Part shown: positions 26,132 to 36,870 of the stretch, one piece after another | Numbering within the stretch: the first letter of the stretch is position 1 | Layout of the letters: the number at the start of each line of letters is the position of its first letter | IMG/VR virus record: IMGVR_UViG_3300031951_000028 | Length of the DNA: 64,000 nucleotides | Strand: one strand, 5' to 3' | Source: a virus | Notes under the pieces: model-generated | Database searches by the model: none | What the model saw: the letters and a program-made list of their open reading frames with translations, nothing else | Told to the model about the DNA's origin: nothing | Made by a program: the position numbers and the translations under genes

Positions 26132-27373
26132 ATGCTGAATATTGTTAATAATGACGCGAACTATTGCGGGACGATAGTTAAAGTTAAAGAGTTGAATGAT
26201 ATTCCAAATATGGACAACTGTTTGTCTATGCCTATATTTGGATATAACGCTATAGTTAGTAAGACAACTAAGATAGGAGACTATGGAATAGTATTTGGTC
26301 CAGAGACTCAACTATCAGAAGCATTTTGCCATTTTAATAATTTATTTTCTAATGCAGAAGAAAATACAGATAAAAATATAAAAGGCTATCTTGGTGCTAA
26401 TAGACGGGTCCGCTCTATAAAATTACGCGGAAATTTTTCTACTTGTTTATTTATGCCGATATCTGCTTTAGCATACTTAGGAGTATCTTTAGAAGATATA
26501 AAAGAAGGTGACTCGTTCACTTCTATAAACGGTGTTGAAATATGCAAGAAGTATTTTATACAAGAAAAAACTCAACACGGGGCTCATAATAAAAAGTTTA
26601 AGGAAAGAATAGACGATAGATTATTTCCAAAACATATCAAGACTCTACATTTAATGAAAGAGTTAGATAAGTTTGATGCTGAAGATGATATAGTTGTTAC
26701 ATGTAAGCTACACGGCACTTCTGGCCGCTTCACTCATCAATTAATTGATAGAAAACTTTCTTTGATGGAAAGATTCTTATCTATGTTTGTGAATATAAAT
26801 AAGAAACAATATGAATTATTTTGTGGTACGCGTAATACAATAAAATATGATAGTAAATTTGACCAAAACTTTTATGGCCATGATGTATGGCAAGAAACTT
26901 TAAATAAAATTAAAGATAAAATTCCTAAGAACTATGTTATATATGGAGAAATAATTGGTTGGGCTGGTGAAAAAGAGATACAGAAAAATTATACATACTG
27001 TTTACCAAAAAATCATAATGAGTTCTATGTATATAGAATATCAATAGTTAATGAAGATGGTATTCAATCTGATTTATCTTGGGACCAGCTTAAGACTTTT
27101 TGCGCAGAGAAAAATTTAAAAGTTGTTCCAGAAGTTTGGAGAGGTAAGTTTAAAAACTTTGACCACTCTATTTATGAAAATAAAAACTTTTATGAAGAAC
27201 TTGGTTTTAAACAATGTTTAAGATTAGATTCTAATTCTCCTTGCGATGAGGGTGTAGTAGTTAGAAAAGATGGAGTAATACCATTCTTAACTAAGTTTAA
27301 ATCACCCAAGTTTTTAATTATGGAAACCAAATTATTAGACGAGAATGTAGTGTCTATGGAGGATGAAAGCTAA
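26132..27373 (+). CDS. RNA ligase (Rnl2/DRB0094-like, with N-terminal OB-like domain)
   Basis: KLHGTS motif I, YGEIIG, FYVYRI, EGVVVR, KFKS; N-terminal RVRSIKLRG..S. Confidence 0.85.
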   Translation: MLNIVNNDANYCGTIVKVKELNDIPNMDNCLSMPIFGYNAIVSKTTKIGDYGIVFGPETQLSEAFCHFNNLFSNAEENTDKNIKGYLGANRRVRSIKLRGNFSTCLFMPISALAYLGVSLEDIKEGDSFTSINGVEICKKYFIQEKTQHGAHNKKFKERIDDRLFPKHIKTLHLMKELDKFDAEDDIVVTCKLHGTSGRFTHQLIDRKLSLMERFLSMFVNINKKQYELFCGTRNTIKYDSKFDQNFYGHDVWQETLNKIKDKIPKNYVIYGEIIGWAGEKEIQKNYTYCLPKNHNEFYVYRISIVNEDGIQSDLSWDQLKTFCAEKNLKVVPEVWRGKFKNFDHSIYENKNFYEELGFKQCLRLDSNSPCDEGVVVRKDGVIPFLTKFKSPKFLIMETKLLDENVVSMEDES

Positions 27374-27380
27374 TATTTGC

Positions 27381-27390
27381 GGTGTATACT
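27381..27390 (+). promoter_or_regulatory. Candidate phage promoter motif GGTGTATACT
   Basis: Intergenic; near-identical to GGTGTATATACT at 36088. Confidence 0.35.
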
Positions 27391-28684
27391 ATTTTAGTTA
27401 TTTTTTTAACATAGTTTTTATTTTATGCTAAAATGATTAAAATACCTCAATATGTTATTGAGGATAAGTATACGTCAGAATTGATAGCTATTTATAATGA
27501 AACTCATTCTTTTTGTTTTGGCGAAATAATAGTATCAAAAGATTCAAAACGTATAGGATTAACTTATGTAGCCTACAAAGCTAATATAAAAGCTATGTAC
27601 GGTGAACGATATGATTTTATGAAAGGGATAAATTATGGATAATTGCTGCAATGGTCAAATTCAAAATTTTGACGAAAATAATAAGTGTTGTAAAGGTAAA
27701 GGGACGCAACTCGACGTTCAACAAACCTATTACGACTTAGGTTTTAATTCTGGCAGACAGACTATTAAGAATGAGATTAAGAAAATAATTGATTCTGGTA
27801 TGACTGATACTGCTATTGTTCATTGGCTAAAGGGCTTAATATCTTGATGATGAAAAGCTGTAAGTGTGGGCATCAAGTTAGGATTGCTAGAAAAAAGTGT
27901 CCTAAATGTGCTTACAAGTTTAAACAGGATGATAAATTCTACTCTAAAGAAGAAATTATAGTAAAAAAATACTGTAGCAAAATAGGCGCAAAACAAGGAG
28001 ACGTAATTACGCACTGCCCTAGTGTTGATTTATCTGAGATACCAGAATTTCAACCTGAAGAAGGCTGGGTTAATGAAATCATTGAGATGTTCTTAGAAAG
28101 AAAAAGAATATTAATGCCTGAAGCAATAGTATATATAGCCGCAAGGAAATATGGATATAAGAGCGATACTTTTATGAAGATAATAGAAGAGGCTTCTGAA
28201 GTATTCGATGAATTTGAGATATTGGATAGTAGATTATGAAGTGTAAATTTAAAAAAGGGATGCTGTAATTTTAGATTAGCTACAGAGGAAGAGTTATAAT
28301 GCCAAAGATTAAATTAATTAGAATCCATGATAGTTCTTATTATGAAGACATAAATATAAGTCAATCAGATCTTTCTGATTGGGAAGAAGTTTCTCAAGAA
28401 GATTTAGATTATTTATTGTCATGGGAATCTATGTCAGTTTTTGTTAAAGATAGAATTAAAATAGTAGTATTAGAAGATGTCACATCAAAAGAAAATATTC
28501 GTGGATATATAAAAAATATTAAAAATTTTATCAAAGAACAGCAAATAAAACAAGAAGAAAAAGCTAAAAAATATAAAGCTGCCGAAGCTAAAAGAAAAGC
28601 AGAGGCCGAAAAAAAGAAACTAGAAAAAGCCAAGAAATTACTTGAAAAAAGTGGTTTAAAAATTATTCAAGATAAGGTATAGTA

Positions 28685-29524
28685 ATGAGTGATAATTTAC
28701 AAAACGAAATAGTTGATAATCTAAAAAAGATAGCTGGTATTACTGAGTATAATGAAGAATGGGATGAGTTTATCTCAGAAGCAGAAGTTGAAGAGATATA
28801 TGATGAAAACGATGTAATAATTGCTGAAGAAAAAGGTAAAAAGAAAGTAAAACTTAATAAACCTTTTAGAACACCTGACGGGCCAAAAAAATTTAGTGTT
28901 TATGTTAAAAACGACAAAGGAAATGTTGTTAAGGTAAATTTTGGTGACCCTAATATGGAAATTAAAAGAGATGACCCAGAACGTAGGAAAAGTTTTAGAG
29001 CAAGGCATAATTGCGATAACCCCGGTCCAAAATATAAAGCAAGATATTGGTCTTGTAAAATGTGGGAAAGTAATAAGAGTGTAACAGATTATACAAGTGG
29101 TGAAGATTCTTATATGACAAGAGAAGAAATTTTATCAGAAGCTGAAAAAAAGAAACCTGGCTTATGGGATAATATTCGCAAGAAGAAAGAAAAGATGGGT
29201 AAAAGATATCGTCCAGCCCGTCCCGGTTCTCCAGATAGACCAGACCCAAAACAATGGGATAAGCTCACAAAAAGTGAAGATGTTGAAGAAAATGAAAATG
29301 AAACAGTAGAACAAGAATTTCAAGAATATAAAGATGATTTTCTCGGCATGATTATCGGTTCTTTAGAAAGTATTAAGGCTCACACTGAACAAATTCTAAT
29401 GAATATTGAAAATCCTCAAGTAAGAGAAAATCTTACAGAACCATTTCTACAGCAGGCTGCTGTATTAGCTGAAGATTATATTTTGACAATACATAATTAC
29501 GTGATGTTTAATAAAGAAAGTTAA
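28685..29524 (+). CDS. Multi-module phage protein with a conserved basic domain (LNKPFRTP..PKKF.VYVKN...FGDP...SFRARHNC...ARYWSC) and a GLWDNI..K motif
   Basis: Motifs recur in head-region proteins of large phages; function unknown. Confidence 0.7.
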   Translation: MSDNLQNEIVDNLKKIAGITEYNEEWDEFISEAEVEEIYDENDVIIAEEKGKKKVKLNKPFRTPDGPKKFSVYVKNDKGNVVKVNFGDPNMEIKRDDPERRKSFRARHNCDNPGPKYKARYWSCKMWESNKSVTDYTSGEDSYMTREEILSEAEKKKPGLWDNIRKKKEKMGKRYRPARPGSPDRPDPKQWDKLTKSEDVEENENETVEQEFQEYKDDFLGMIIGSLESIKAHTEQILMNIENPQVRENLTEPFLQQAAVLAEDYILTIHNYVMFNKES

Positions 29525-30387
29525 AAATGACAGAGCAAGAAAAATATCAAGCAGTAAAAGAATTTGGCGATGATATTATTCATGATACAGAATTTTTTCA
29601 AACATATTATAATCCAAAAGCGGAGGAAGTACTTTTTGTACTACCAAATTCTTCTAAAGGAATTGGCGAGCAGAAACTAAAAAAGCCATTATTAAATGAG
29701 AATGGCTGGATTAGGAAAATAAAATTCTTATATGAGGAATTTCCCACTAAAGATTCTGGTTTTCATCTAGTCTCTAATGGTTCTCAAGAAACAGTAATTG
29801 AAGAAGTGGTGGAAACCACAACTACTATTGCTCCAGAAATAGCGAAAAGAGACCAAATGCTAATACCTATTCAAACTAAATTTCCATGCGGGAATTTTAG
29901 AGCAAATCCAGACGACCCCAAATCTATTATTGGTTCTAGAAAAAACGGCGCCAATTATGAAGTTGTAGTGCCACCAGATTTACGCGAGAATTTTATATAT
30001 TTATTAAACCAAGTCAACACTTTGCTTAAGCTATAATATGAATGAAGATTTTAATAAACTTTTATATGAAAAAACAAAAAGAGATTATATTTTACAATTA
30101 ATAAGACAAATATCTCAACCAACTTTTAATAAGAAAAATTTATCTAAAACAGACTTGGAATATTGGGATGAAACTTGTGAGCTAATATATCGACAAAAAA
30201 TTTTTCTAGAAAAAGAATTAGTTAAAGTTAATCAACAATATAAAGAATTACTTATTAAAAAAACAAATTATATGAATCCTAGTTATATGTCAACAGTTTA
30301 TTATAAACAAGACCCAAATAATCCTTATGGAATGATAAAAATAACAGACAGTTGGGGCACTAGCTGGGGAAGGAACTCTACTGAATA

Positions 30388-30996
30388 ATGAAATATTTTA
30401 TATCAGATTTACATTTTGGCCACCATAAGATGGTCACTTTTCCTGGAAGAACATCTTTTACATTAGAACAATGGGAGAAGATGTATTTAGATATAATCAA
30501 TAGTAAACTTACTAAAGACGATTTTTTATATTTACTAGGTGATTTTGCTTTTAAACCAGAAAAAGTTAAACACAAAATTAAAAATAAAAATGTTGTGCTG
30601 ATTCATGGTAACCACGACCCGTCTTATGAAAAATGTGTGCGTGTATTTGGTAAGTCAAATTTCTTTATAACAAAAGATATAAAGATAAAAGATAAGAACG
30701 TTTTCTTATCTCATTATCCACACTTGGCTTGGCCAGCATCTCACCATGGTACTTTCCATTTATATGGACATGTTCATGATCAAAGAAGCGAATATTGGCA
30801 GCAAATTCCAGAATTAAGTGAAATGCGCAGTATGGATGTATCACCAGAATCGTATTTTAGGCAATATAGTGAGTTTGGAATTTTTTCTGAAGAACAAGTA
30901 TATGAGACTTTATCTAAGCTAAAAGGGCATGATAATGTCGAATGGTATAATAAAAGAAATGGAAAATATGAGAAAAAGGGTGCTAATAGCATGTGA
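30388..30996 (+). CDS. Calcineurin-like metallophosphoesterase
   Basis: SDLHFGH, LGDF, GNHD, SHYP, HLYGHVH. Confidence 0.92.
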   Translation: MKYFISDLHFGHHKMVTFPGRTSFTLEQWEKMYLDIINSKLTKDDFLYLLGDFAFKPEKVKHKIKNKNVVLIHGNHDPSYEKCVRVFGKSNFFITKDIKIKDKNVFLSHYPHLAWPASHHGTFHLYGHVHDQRSEYWQQIPELSEMRSMDVSPESYFRQYSEFGIFSEEQVYETLSKLKGHDNVEWYNKRNGKYEKKGANSM

Positions 30997-31564
30997 AGAA
31001 TCTCAAACGCTTACTATAGAATTTAGACTTCTAGGTATAGAAGCTTTCTCTTGCGATATTGTACCAACTAGCGGCCCGCATAAAGAATGGCATTTACAAC
31101 AAGATGTAATTCCATTACTTAAAGAAAAATGGGACGCTATTTTTGCTTTTCCTCCTTGCACTCATTTAGCATCTTCTGGTGCTAGATGGTTTAAACAAAA
31201 ACAAAAAGATGGTAGGCAAAAACAAGGTATAGATTTTTTCATGTCGATAGCAAATGCTGATTGCGACAAAATCTTGATAGAAAATCCTGTAGGTATAATG
31301 TCTAGTATTTTTAGAAAACCAGACCAAGTCATTCATCCTTGGATGTTTGGACATAAAGAAAATAAAGCAACGTGCTTATGGTTAAAAAATTTACCACTAT
31401 TAAAACCAACAAGAAATGTGCAACATTTAATGAAAAGTTTACCTAAAAGTAAAACAGATAAGATTTGGTATATGTCTCCTGGACCAGATAGAGCAAGACT
31501 AAGAAGTAAAACATATAGTGGAATAGCAAAAGCTATAGCTAAACAATATTATTCAATAATATAA
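30968..31564 (+). CDS. DNA (cytosine-5) methyltransferase-like protein (VLIACEES family)
   Basis: FPPCTHL catalytic PC, IENPV, K.TCLWL, RSKT..GIA.A.A.Q. Confidence 0.75.
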   Translation: MRKRVLIACEESQTLTIEFRLLGIEAFSCDIVPTSGPHKEWHLQQDVIPLLKEKWDAIFAFPPCTHLASSGARWFKQKQKDGRQKQGIDFFMSIANADCDKILIENPVGIMSSIFRKPDQVIHPWMFGHKENKATCLWLKNLPLLKPTRNVQHLMKSLPKSKTDKIWYMSPGPDRARLRSKTYSGIAKAIAKQYYSII

Positions 31565-31769
31565 ATGGAAAGTAGTAAAAATATGAGAGATTTTGTAATA
31601 CTTGCTATCATAGTATGGTCAATTTTACTTTCAATTGAATTAATTTTTGGTAAATTAGATTATGAAAAAATAACATTTTGGTGTCTACTAATGTATTTTA
31701 TCTTAGATAATTTAGAGATGCTTGTCGATTATTTAAAAAATCGAAAAAACTTAAATAAACAGGATTAAA

Positions 31770-32738
31770 ATGAAAGAAAGAGGATTGGATTATAAAGATA
31801 TACATTTATTACCACATGAAGTATCATCTTTCTCGTCTAGAGACGATGTGTCAACAGATATAATATTTTGCGGACAAAAACTAAAATTTGGAATTCTCGC
31901 TGCCCCTATGCCAGATGTTTCAGACGGAGCTTTCTGTTATGAATTACATAAGTTTGGAGGATTCGGTTTTATACACAGATTTCAAGAAATAGCAACGCAA
32001 GTCTGTGATTTTAGACATTGTGGTCAAAAAGCTGGTTGCGCAATAGGTATTAATGGTGATTATAAAGAAAGATATCAAGCATTATATGATAATGGATGCA
32101 GGATTTTTCTAATAGATGTCGCAAATGGCGCCAATCTTAATATAGGAAAAATAGTTAATGAATTATATTCTGCTTATAGTGATATTTATATTATTGCCGG
32201 TAATATAGCTTCTAGAGAAGGTTTAAAATTTCTTAATGATATAGGAGTTTATGCCGCTCGAGTTGGTATTGCTGGCGGCTCTGTTTGTAGTACAAAGATA
32301 GCTACTGGTATATATACTCCAATGTTTTCTGTATTAAAAGATTTATATCAATATAAACAAGATTTTAATTTTGATATAAAAATTATAGCAGATGGAGGAA
32401 TTAAAATTCCCGCAGATTATTGCAAGGCAATGTGTGTAGCAGATATAGCTATGGCTGGTGGAATTTTTGCCGGTACAGATGAATCTCCAGGCAATGTAAT
32501 TAAAAACGATGGAAAATTATATAAAATTTTTAGGGGCGCTGCTTCATATGGAGTACAAAAATATGATGCGGGTAAAGAACCAAAGTATGTAGAAGGTTTA
32601 GAAACTTTAGTAGAATATAAAGGCTCTTTAGAAAAAGTAGTAACATCATTTAATAATGGTTTAAAATCATGTCTTTCTTATATGAATGCAAAAGATATAG
32701 ATGAATTGAAAACTAAATATCATTATGTTACTGCGTAA
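31770..32738 (+). CDS. IMP dehydrogenase / GMP reductase family (no CBS domains)
   Basis: AAPM, IDVANG, AGNIA, VGIAGGSVCST, IIADGGI, AGTDESPG, FRGAAS, VEG. Confidence 0.9.
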   Translation: MKERGLDYKDIHLLPHEVSSFSSRDDVSTDIIFCGQKLKFGILAAPMPDVSDGAFCYELHKFGGFGFIHRFQEIATQVCDFRHCGQKAGCAIGINGDYKERYQALYDNGCRIFLIDVANGANLNIGKIVNELYSAYSDIYIIAGNIASREGLKFLNDIGVYAARVGIAGGSVCSTKIATGIYTPMFSVLKDLYQYKQDFNFDIKIIADGGIKIPADYCKAMCVADIAMAGGIFAGTDESPGNVIKNDGKLYKIFRGAASYGVQKYDAGKEPKYVEGLETLVEYKGSLEKVVTSFNNGLKSCLSYMNAKDIDELKTKYHYVTA

Positions 32739-32753
32739 CTAAGAATATAAATA

Positions 32754-33227
32754 ATGAATATATTTTACAGCGATCCATGCCCAGTAAAATGCGCAATTAA
32801 TTTAGATTCAAAAAGAGTTGTCAAGATGACACTTGAAACATGTCAAATTTTAATGACTTCATTGAATTGCTATGGTGTGTCAACGCCATATAAAGCTACT
32901 CACAAAAACCATCCGTGTTGCATCTGGGCCAGAGAAACTAGAGCTAATTTTGAATGGTTATTAAAACATTTTATAGCTTTGTTATCAGAGTATCAGTATA
33001 GATATGGGAAAAAGCATAAATGTTTTGGATATGTAAATTTTCTATATTCTAATATTAATGTAATTCCTACTGGTAATTTAACAGACCATAAAAATTGCAC
33101 AAAATTTAAAGAAGTTGATGATATTATATTAGCGTATAGAATGGCGTTAAAAGATAAGTGGATAAATGATAAAAGAAAACCAGTTTTTCACAAAAGGAAC
33201 CAGCCTAGTTGGTATAATAAAATATGA
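32754..33227 (+). CDS. Pyrimidine-dimer DNA glycosylase (DenV/endonuclease V-like) family
   Basis: MNIF...KM.LE..Q.L...YK.TH.NHPC.IW...Y.YRYGK.H. Confidence 0.75.
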   Translation: MNIFYSDPCPVKCAINLDSKRVVKMTLETCQILMTSLNCYGVSTPYKATHKNHPCCIWARETRANFEWLLKHFIALLSEYQYRYGKKHKCFGYVNFLYSNINVIPTGNLTDHKNCTKFKEVDDIILAYRMALKDKWINDKRKPVFHKRNQPSWYNKI

Positions 33228-33274
33228 AGTTATGACTGTTGATTTTAACATACGCAATAAAGGAAAATAATTAC

Positions 33275-33964
33275 ATGGAACTTCTTTCTATAGGCACTAA
33301 TGCAAAAACCATTAAGAGTGATGCTTTAGGTGTATATTTGACCGCAATACAATATTTGTCTCCGCATAAAATAAGTGGTAAGAATTTTTGTCCACAAGCT
33401 TCTAAAGGCTGCATAGCAACATGCTTAAATACAGCTGGGCGTGGAGCTTTTCATGTTGTTCAAAAATCGAGATTAAGAAAATCATTATTGTTTATTAATG
33501 ATAGAAAACAATACAAAGAATTATTATTACAAGATTTAAACACTTTCAAGAAAAAGTGCGAAAAAGAAAAAGTAAAACCCGCAGTCAGATTAAATGGAAC
33601 ATCTGATTTACAATGGGAAGATATATTTCCTGAAATTTTTGATAATTATAAAGATTTTCAATTTTATGATTATACAAAACAAAAAAGAAGATATCTAAAT
33701 TTTTTAGAAGGAAATTTTCCATCCAATTATCATCTTACTTTTTCAAGAAGTGAAAATAACGAAACAGCTTGTTTAGATTTTTTAAATAAATATAAACACG
33801 CAAGAATCGCAGTTGTCTTTGAAAAAGTGCCAAAAAAATGGAATAATTATGCGGTAAATACTGGTGATGAGAATGATTTACGTTTTTTAGATAAGAAACC
33901 AATATGTGGTTTGATAGCTAAAGGACGTGCCAAGAAAGATACAACTGGATTCGTAGTAAGATAA
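33275..33964 (+). CDS. Gp88-like Cys-rich phage protein
   Basis: CP.AS.GC...CLNTAGRG, RLNGTSD, QFYDYTK, YHLTFS, GDE.DLRFLD. Confidence 0.75.
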   Translation: MELLSIGTNAKTIKSDALGVYLTAIQYLSPHKISGKNFCPQASKGCIATCLNTAGRGAFHVVQKSRLRKSLLFINDRKQYKELLLQDLNTFKKKCEKEKVKPAVRLNGTSDLQWEDIFPEIFDNYKDFQFYDYTKQKRRYLNFLEGNFPSNYHLTFSRSENNETACLDFLNKYKHARIAVVFEKVPKKWNNYAVNTGDENDLRFLDKKPICGLIAKGRAKKDTTGFVVR

Positions 33965-33975
33965 TAAGGATTAAT

Positions 33976-35034
33976 ATGTATAATTTAATGATGCCAATCA
34001 ATACAACATCTTATGGTATTGTAGGCTATAATATAGCAAAAAATTGGGATGAAGAATTTTCTCTTTTCCCAATTTATTCTATGAAAGATATTTATGTTGA
34101 AAAAGATGGCGAAGTTGATTTTATTAAAAACGCAATAACAAACTCAGACGCGTGGGATAGTAATAAACCAGCTTTAAAACTATGGCACCAACACTCAATG
34201 GAGTTATTTCCTAAATGTTCTAAGCGAGTTGGTTTTCCTATTTTTGAATTAGATGAATTTACTAGGAAAGAAAAACACAATTTACTAAGTTTAGATAAAA
34301 TTATTGTTTGTTCTAAATGGGCAAAAGATATAATTCATTCGCATGCTTTATTAGCAAATACTAATGTAGAGGTTGTGAATTTAGGCACGGATACATCTCT
34401 ATTTAATGATAATTGGCAAGATGCTAGAAAAGACGGTCCTTATGTATTCCTAAATATAGGAAAACTAGAAAAAAGAAAGGGTCATGATGTTTTATGCGAA
34501 ATGTTTAATCGAGCATTTAGCCCGACCGATGATGTAGCATTAGTAATTTATTGGGAAAATCATTTTCTTTCAAAAGAAGAGCATGAAAAAGTAGCATCTA
34601 TGTATAAATCATCTAAAATGGGTGATAAAATACATATAATGCCTAGAGTACCAAAACAAGCTGATGTAGCTAATATTATTAAAGCTGCGCAGGCGTATAT
34701 CTCTCCAGCTAGGGCAGAAGGATGGAATATGCCTCTTTATGATGCGATTGCTTGCAATAAACCAGTAATTACTACTAACTGCACTGCACATACAGAATAT
34801 TGTAATAAATCAAATTCATTTTTAGTAGATGCATCAGAAACAGAAATTGCTCATGATGGTTTATTCTTTAAGCAGTATGTTGGAAGCTGGCATAAAATAA
34901 CAAATAAGCAAATTGATGAATTTGCGGAATACATGAGGCATTGTTATAAGAATGATATAACAAGAATGCAGAAAACGGAGGTCAATACGTGGAAAAATGT
35001 GGCCCAGAATCTCAAGAACTCTCTACAGAATTAG
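33976..35034 (+). CDS. Glycosyltransferase family 4 (GT-B)
   Basis: NIGKLEKRKGHD, AEGWNMP..DA.AC.KPVI.T. Confidence 0.88.
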   Translation: MYNLMMPINTTSYGIVGYNIAKNWDEEFSLFPIYSMKDIYVEKDGEVDFIKNAITNSDAWDSNKPALKLWHQHSMELFPKCSKRVGFPIFELDEFTRKEKHNLLSLDKIIVCSKWAKDIIHSHALLANTNVEVVNLGTDTSLFNDNWQDARKDGPYVFLNIGKLEKRKGHDVLCEMFNRAFSPTDDVALVIYWENHFLSKEEHEKVASMYKSSKMGDKIHIMPRVPKQADVANIIKAAQAYISPARAEGWNMPLYDAIACNKPVITTNCTAHTEYCNKSNSFLVDASETEIAHDGLFFKQYVGSWHKITNKQIDEFAEYMRHCYKNDITRMQKTEVNTWKNVAQNLKNSLQN

Positions 35035-35438
35035 TAAACGAATATAAGCAAATAATTAGAAAAACATTGCATTATTTTTATATTCCTGATTTGTATAAAG
35101 AAGATCTTGAAGTAGATTTATTATATGTTCTTTTTAAAGCAGATAAAGATTTTAATGGAGTTGGTTCAATTCATGGTTATAGAAAAACTATGATGGGTTA
35201 TTATATTAAAAACTTTTTACGGAAGCTAAAAAGAGAAAATGAAATTAAAAAAGTACAAATTCATGAGAACATTCAAGCAAAAGATATCAAAGATTTTGAT
35301 TACCTTTCATATGAGGAAAAGCGCCTCTTATTAGATAAGTATGTCTATAAAAATCCTATGTCATCTTTTTCTAAAAATGAAAAGAAATCTTTAGAATTAG
35401 CTTTAGAAAAGGTGAAATATAATGAAAATAACAGTTGA
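34989..35438 (+). CDS. Sigma70-family-like RNA polymerase sigma factor (divergent)
   Basis: Region 2-like EDLEVDLLYVLFKADKDF..GSI..Y; region 4-like LSYEEKRLL..KY. Confidence 0.6.
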   Translation: MEKCGPESQELSTELVNEYKQIIRKTLHYFYIPDLYKEDLEVDLLYVLFKADKDFNGVGSIHGYRKTMMGYYIKNFLRKLKRENEIKKVQIHENIQAKDIKDFDYLSYEEKRLLLDKYVYKNPMSSFSKNEKKSLELALEKVKYNENNS

Positions 35439-36087
35439 AGTATTAGATGACAGTATAAATTTTGATTTTACAGAAGGTACTGAAGCAGAATACGCAGAGG
35501 TCATGGCAGATATTTTTAGTGTAGATTTATTATATTTCTTTATTAATAATAAACAAGAGCAATATCAAAAAACTATTGATTTATTAAAAGAGATAATTAA
35601 AAATAGGAAACCAGTTGTAAATCCAAAAAATATTTTTAAAACAGATTAATATGACAGATAAAAAAATAATTTGGCAGCATTTTGCCAATCCGTTTGAAAC
35701 AAAAATTGAACCAAGACTCGGTTTTATTGACCCTTCAGCCATTGAAAAAGAAATGGATGAATCTGACAATTTAGCTATGTTAGAAGAAGATGAGTTAAAT
35801 AAAAAAGATTTTTTAGAAGGAATTATTACGCAACATGGAGTTATAGGGATTAATGAATCTTATAATCCTTATGATTTTTGGGTTGGGCACTGTTCTTTTA
35901 AAATAACCGATCATATTGAGCATATTATAGAAAACTCAGAAGGCGTAGAATATTTAAAGGTTCTTTCTCCATACCGATTTAAAATTGCTGTAGCAAGGTA
36001 CTTTTCACAACATAATTTACGTGGAAAAGTGCTTAAAAACATTGAAATGAGAATTTTCCAATTTTTAGATTGCGTATCATAACTGGT

Positions 36088-36099
36088 GGTGTATATACT
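36088..36099 (+). promoter_or_regulatory. Candidate late promoter GGTGTATATACT
   Basis: Intergenic, upstream of an isolated structural-looking gene that has its own terminator. Confidence 0.4.
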
Positions 36100-36163
36100 C
36101 TTTATAAGACCGGATTAAAATATTAGGAAATAGGAAAAAGAAAATTCTTATAAGGTTGTAATA

Positions 36164-36598
36164 ATGCGTACTGTAGTTAATCGTTTGGCTTCAAATCCAT
36201 CATATTTTAAATTATCTGATGGTACTGCTGTAAGTACTCCTACTGAAATTGTAGTTGACGGCGGTGTTTATATGGGCGGTCCTTCTGGAGATAAACTAAG
36301 TGGTATATCTTTAGGTGGAACTTACTATGATTTAGTTGATACTGGTAATTATCCAGATGTAATGTTTAAAGGTTTGCCAGGAATACCATATTCTTCATAT
36401 GGTGGCGATGCTATTCATTACTTTAATTCTGACTACGCTGATGGCGTTGGTCCTGCTATACGAGAAGGTTATTGGAATCCAGTTGAAGGCGCTTGGACTA
36501 CTTCACCAAGTGGTGATATAACCACCTTTGCTGCTGATACTACTAACTTTATTGTATTCACTTACGGTGCTCCGAATCCAGATTCAAGCACTATCTAG
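36164..36598 (+). CDS. Gly/Ser/Thr/Tyr-rich protein, possibly virion structural
   Basis: Low-Lys, G/S/T/D-rich composition unlike its neighbours; flanked by a candidate promoter and a terminator. Confidence 0.6.
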   Translation: MRTVVNRLASNPSYFKLSDGTAVSTPTEIVVDGGVYMGGPSGDKLSGISLGGTYYDLVDTGNYPDVMFKGLPGIPYSSYGGDAIHYFNSDYADGVGPAIREGYWNPVEGAWTTSPSGDITTFAADTTNFIVFTYGAPNPDSSTI

Positions 36599-36626
36599 TT
36601 CACCGCCGTAAACACGGCTTTATACT

Positions 36627-36660
36627 ACCGCTCTAAAATAAAATTTAGGGCGGTTTTTTT
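36627..36660 (+). terminator. Intrinsic terminator
   Basis: ACCGCTCTAAA-ATAAAA-TTTAGGGCGGT followed by a T-run; small GCCGT/ACGGC hairpin just upstream. Confidence 0.85.
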
Positions 36661-36870
36661 ATACAAAAAAGGAATAAAAATGTTTGAAATAGTACTTCTA
36701 GAAAGATATAAAGACGGAAAACCAACCGGAAAGAAAATATCAAAACAGTCAGATAAAGGTATAGATTTATGGTATTTTATGCATAAAAATATGCCTAAAA
36801 GTATACAAGAAAAAAATGGTTTAGATAAAAACGATTTTAAGAAAGATAAAAAAGAAAAGAGAGAAGAATA

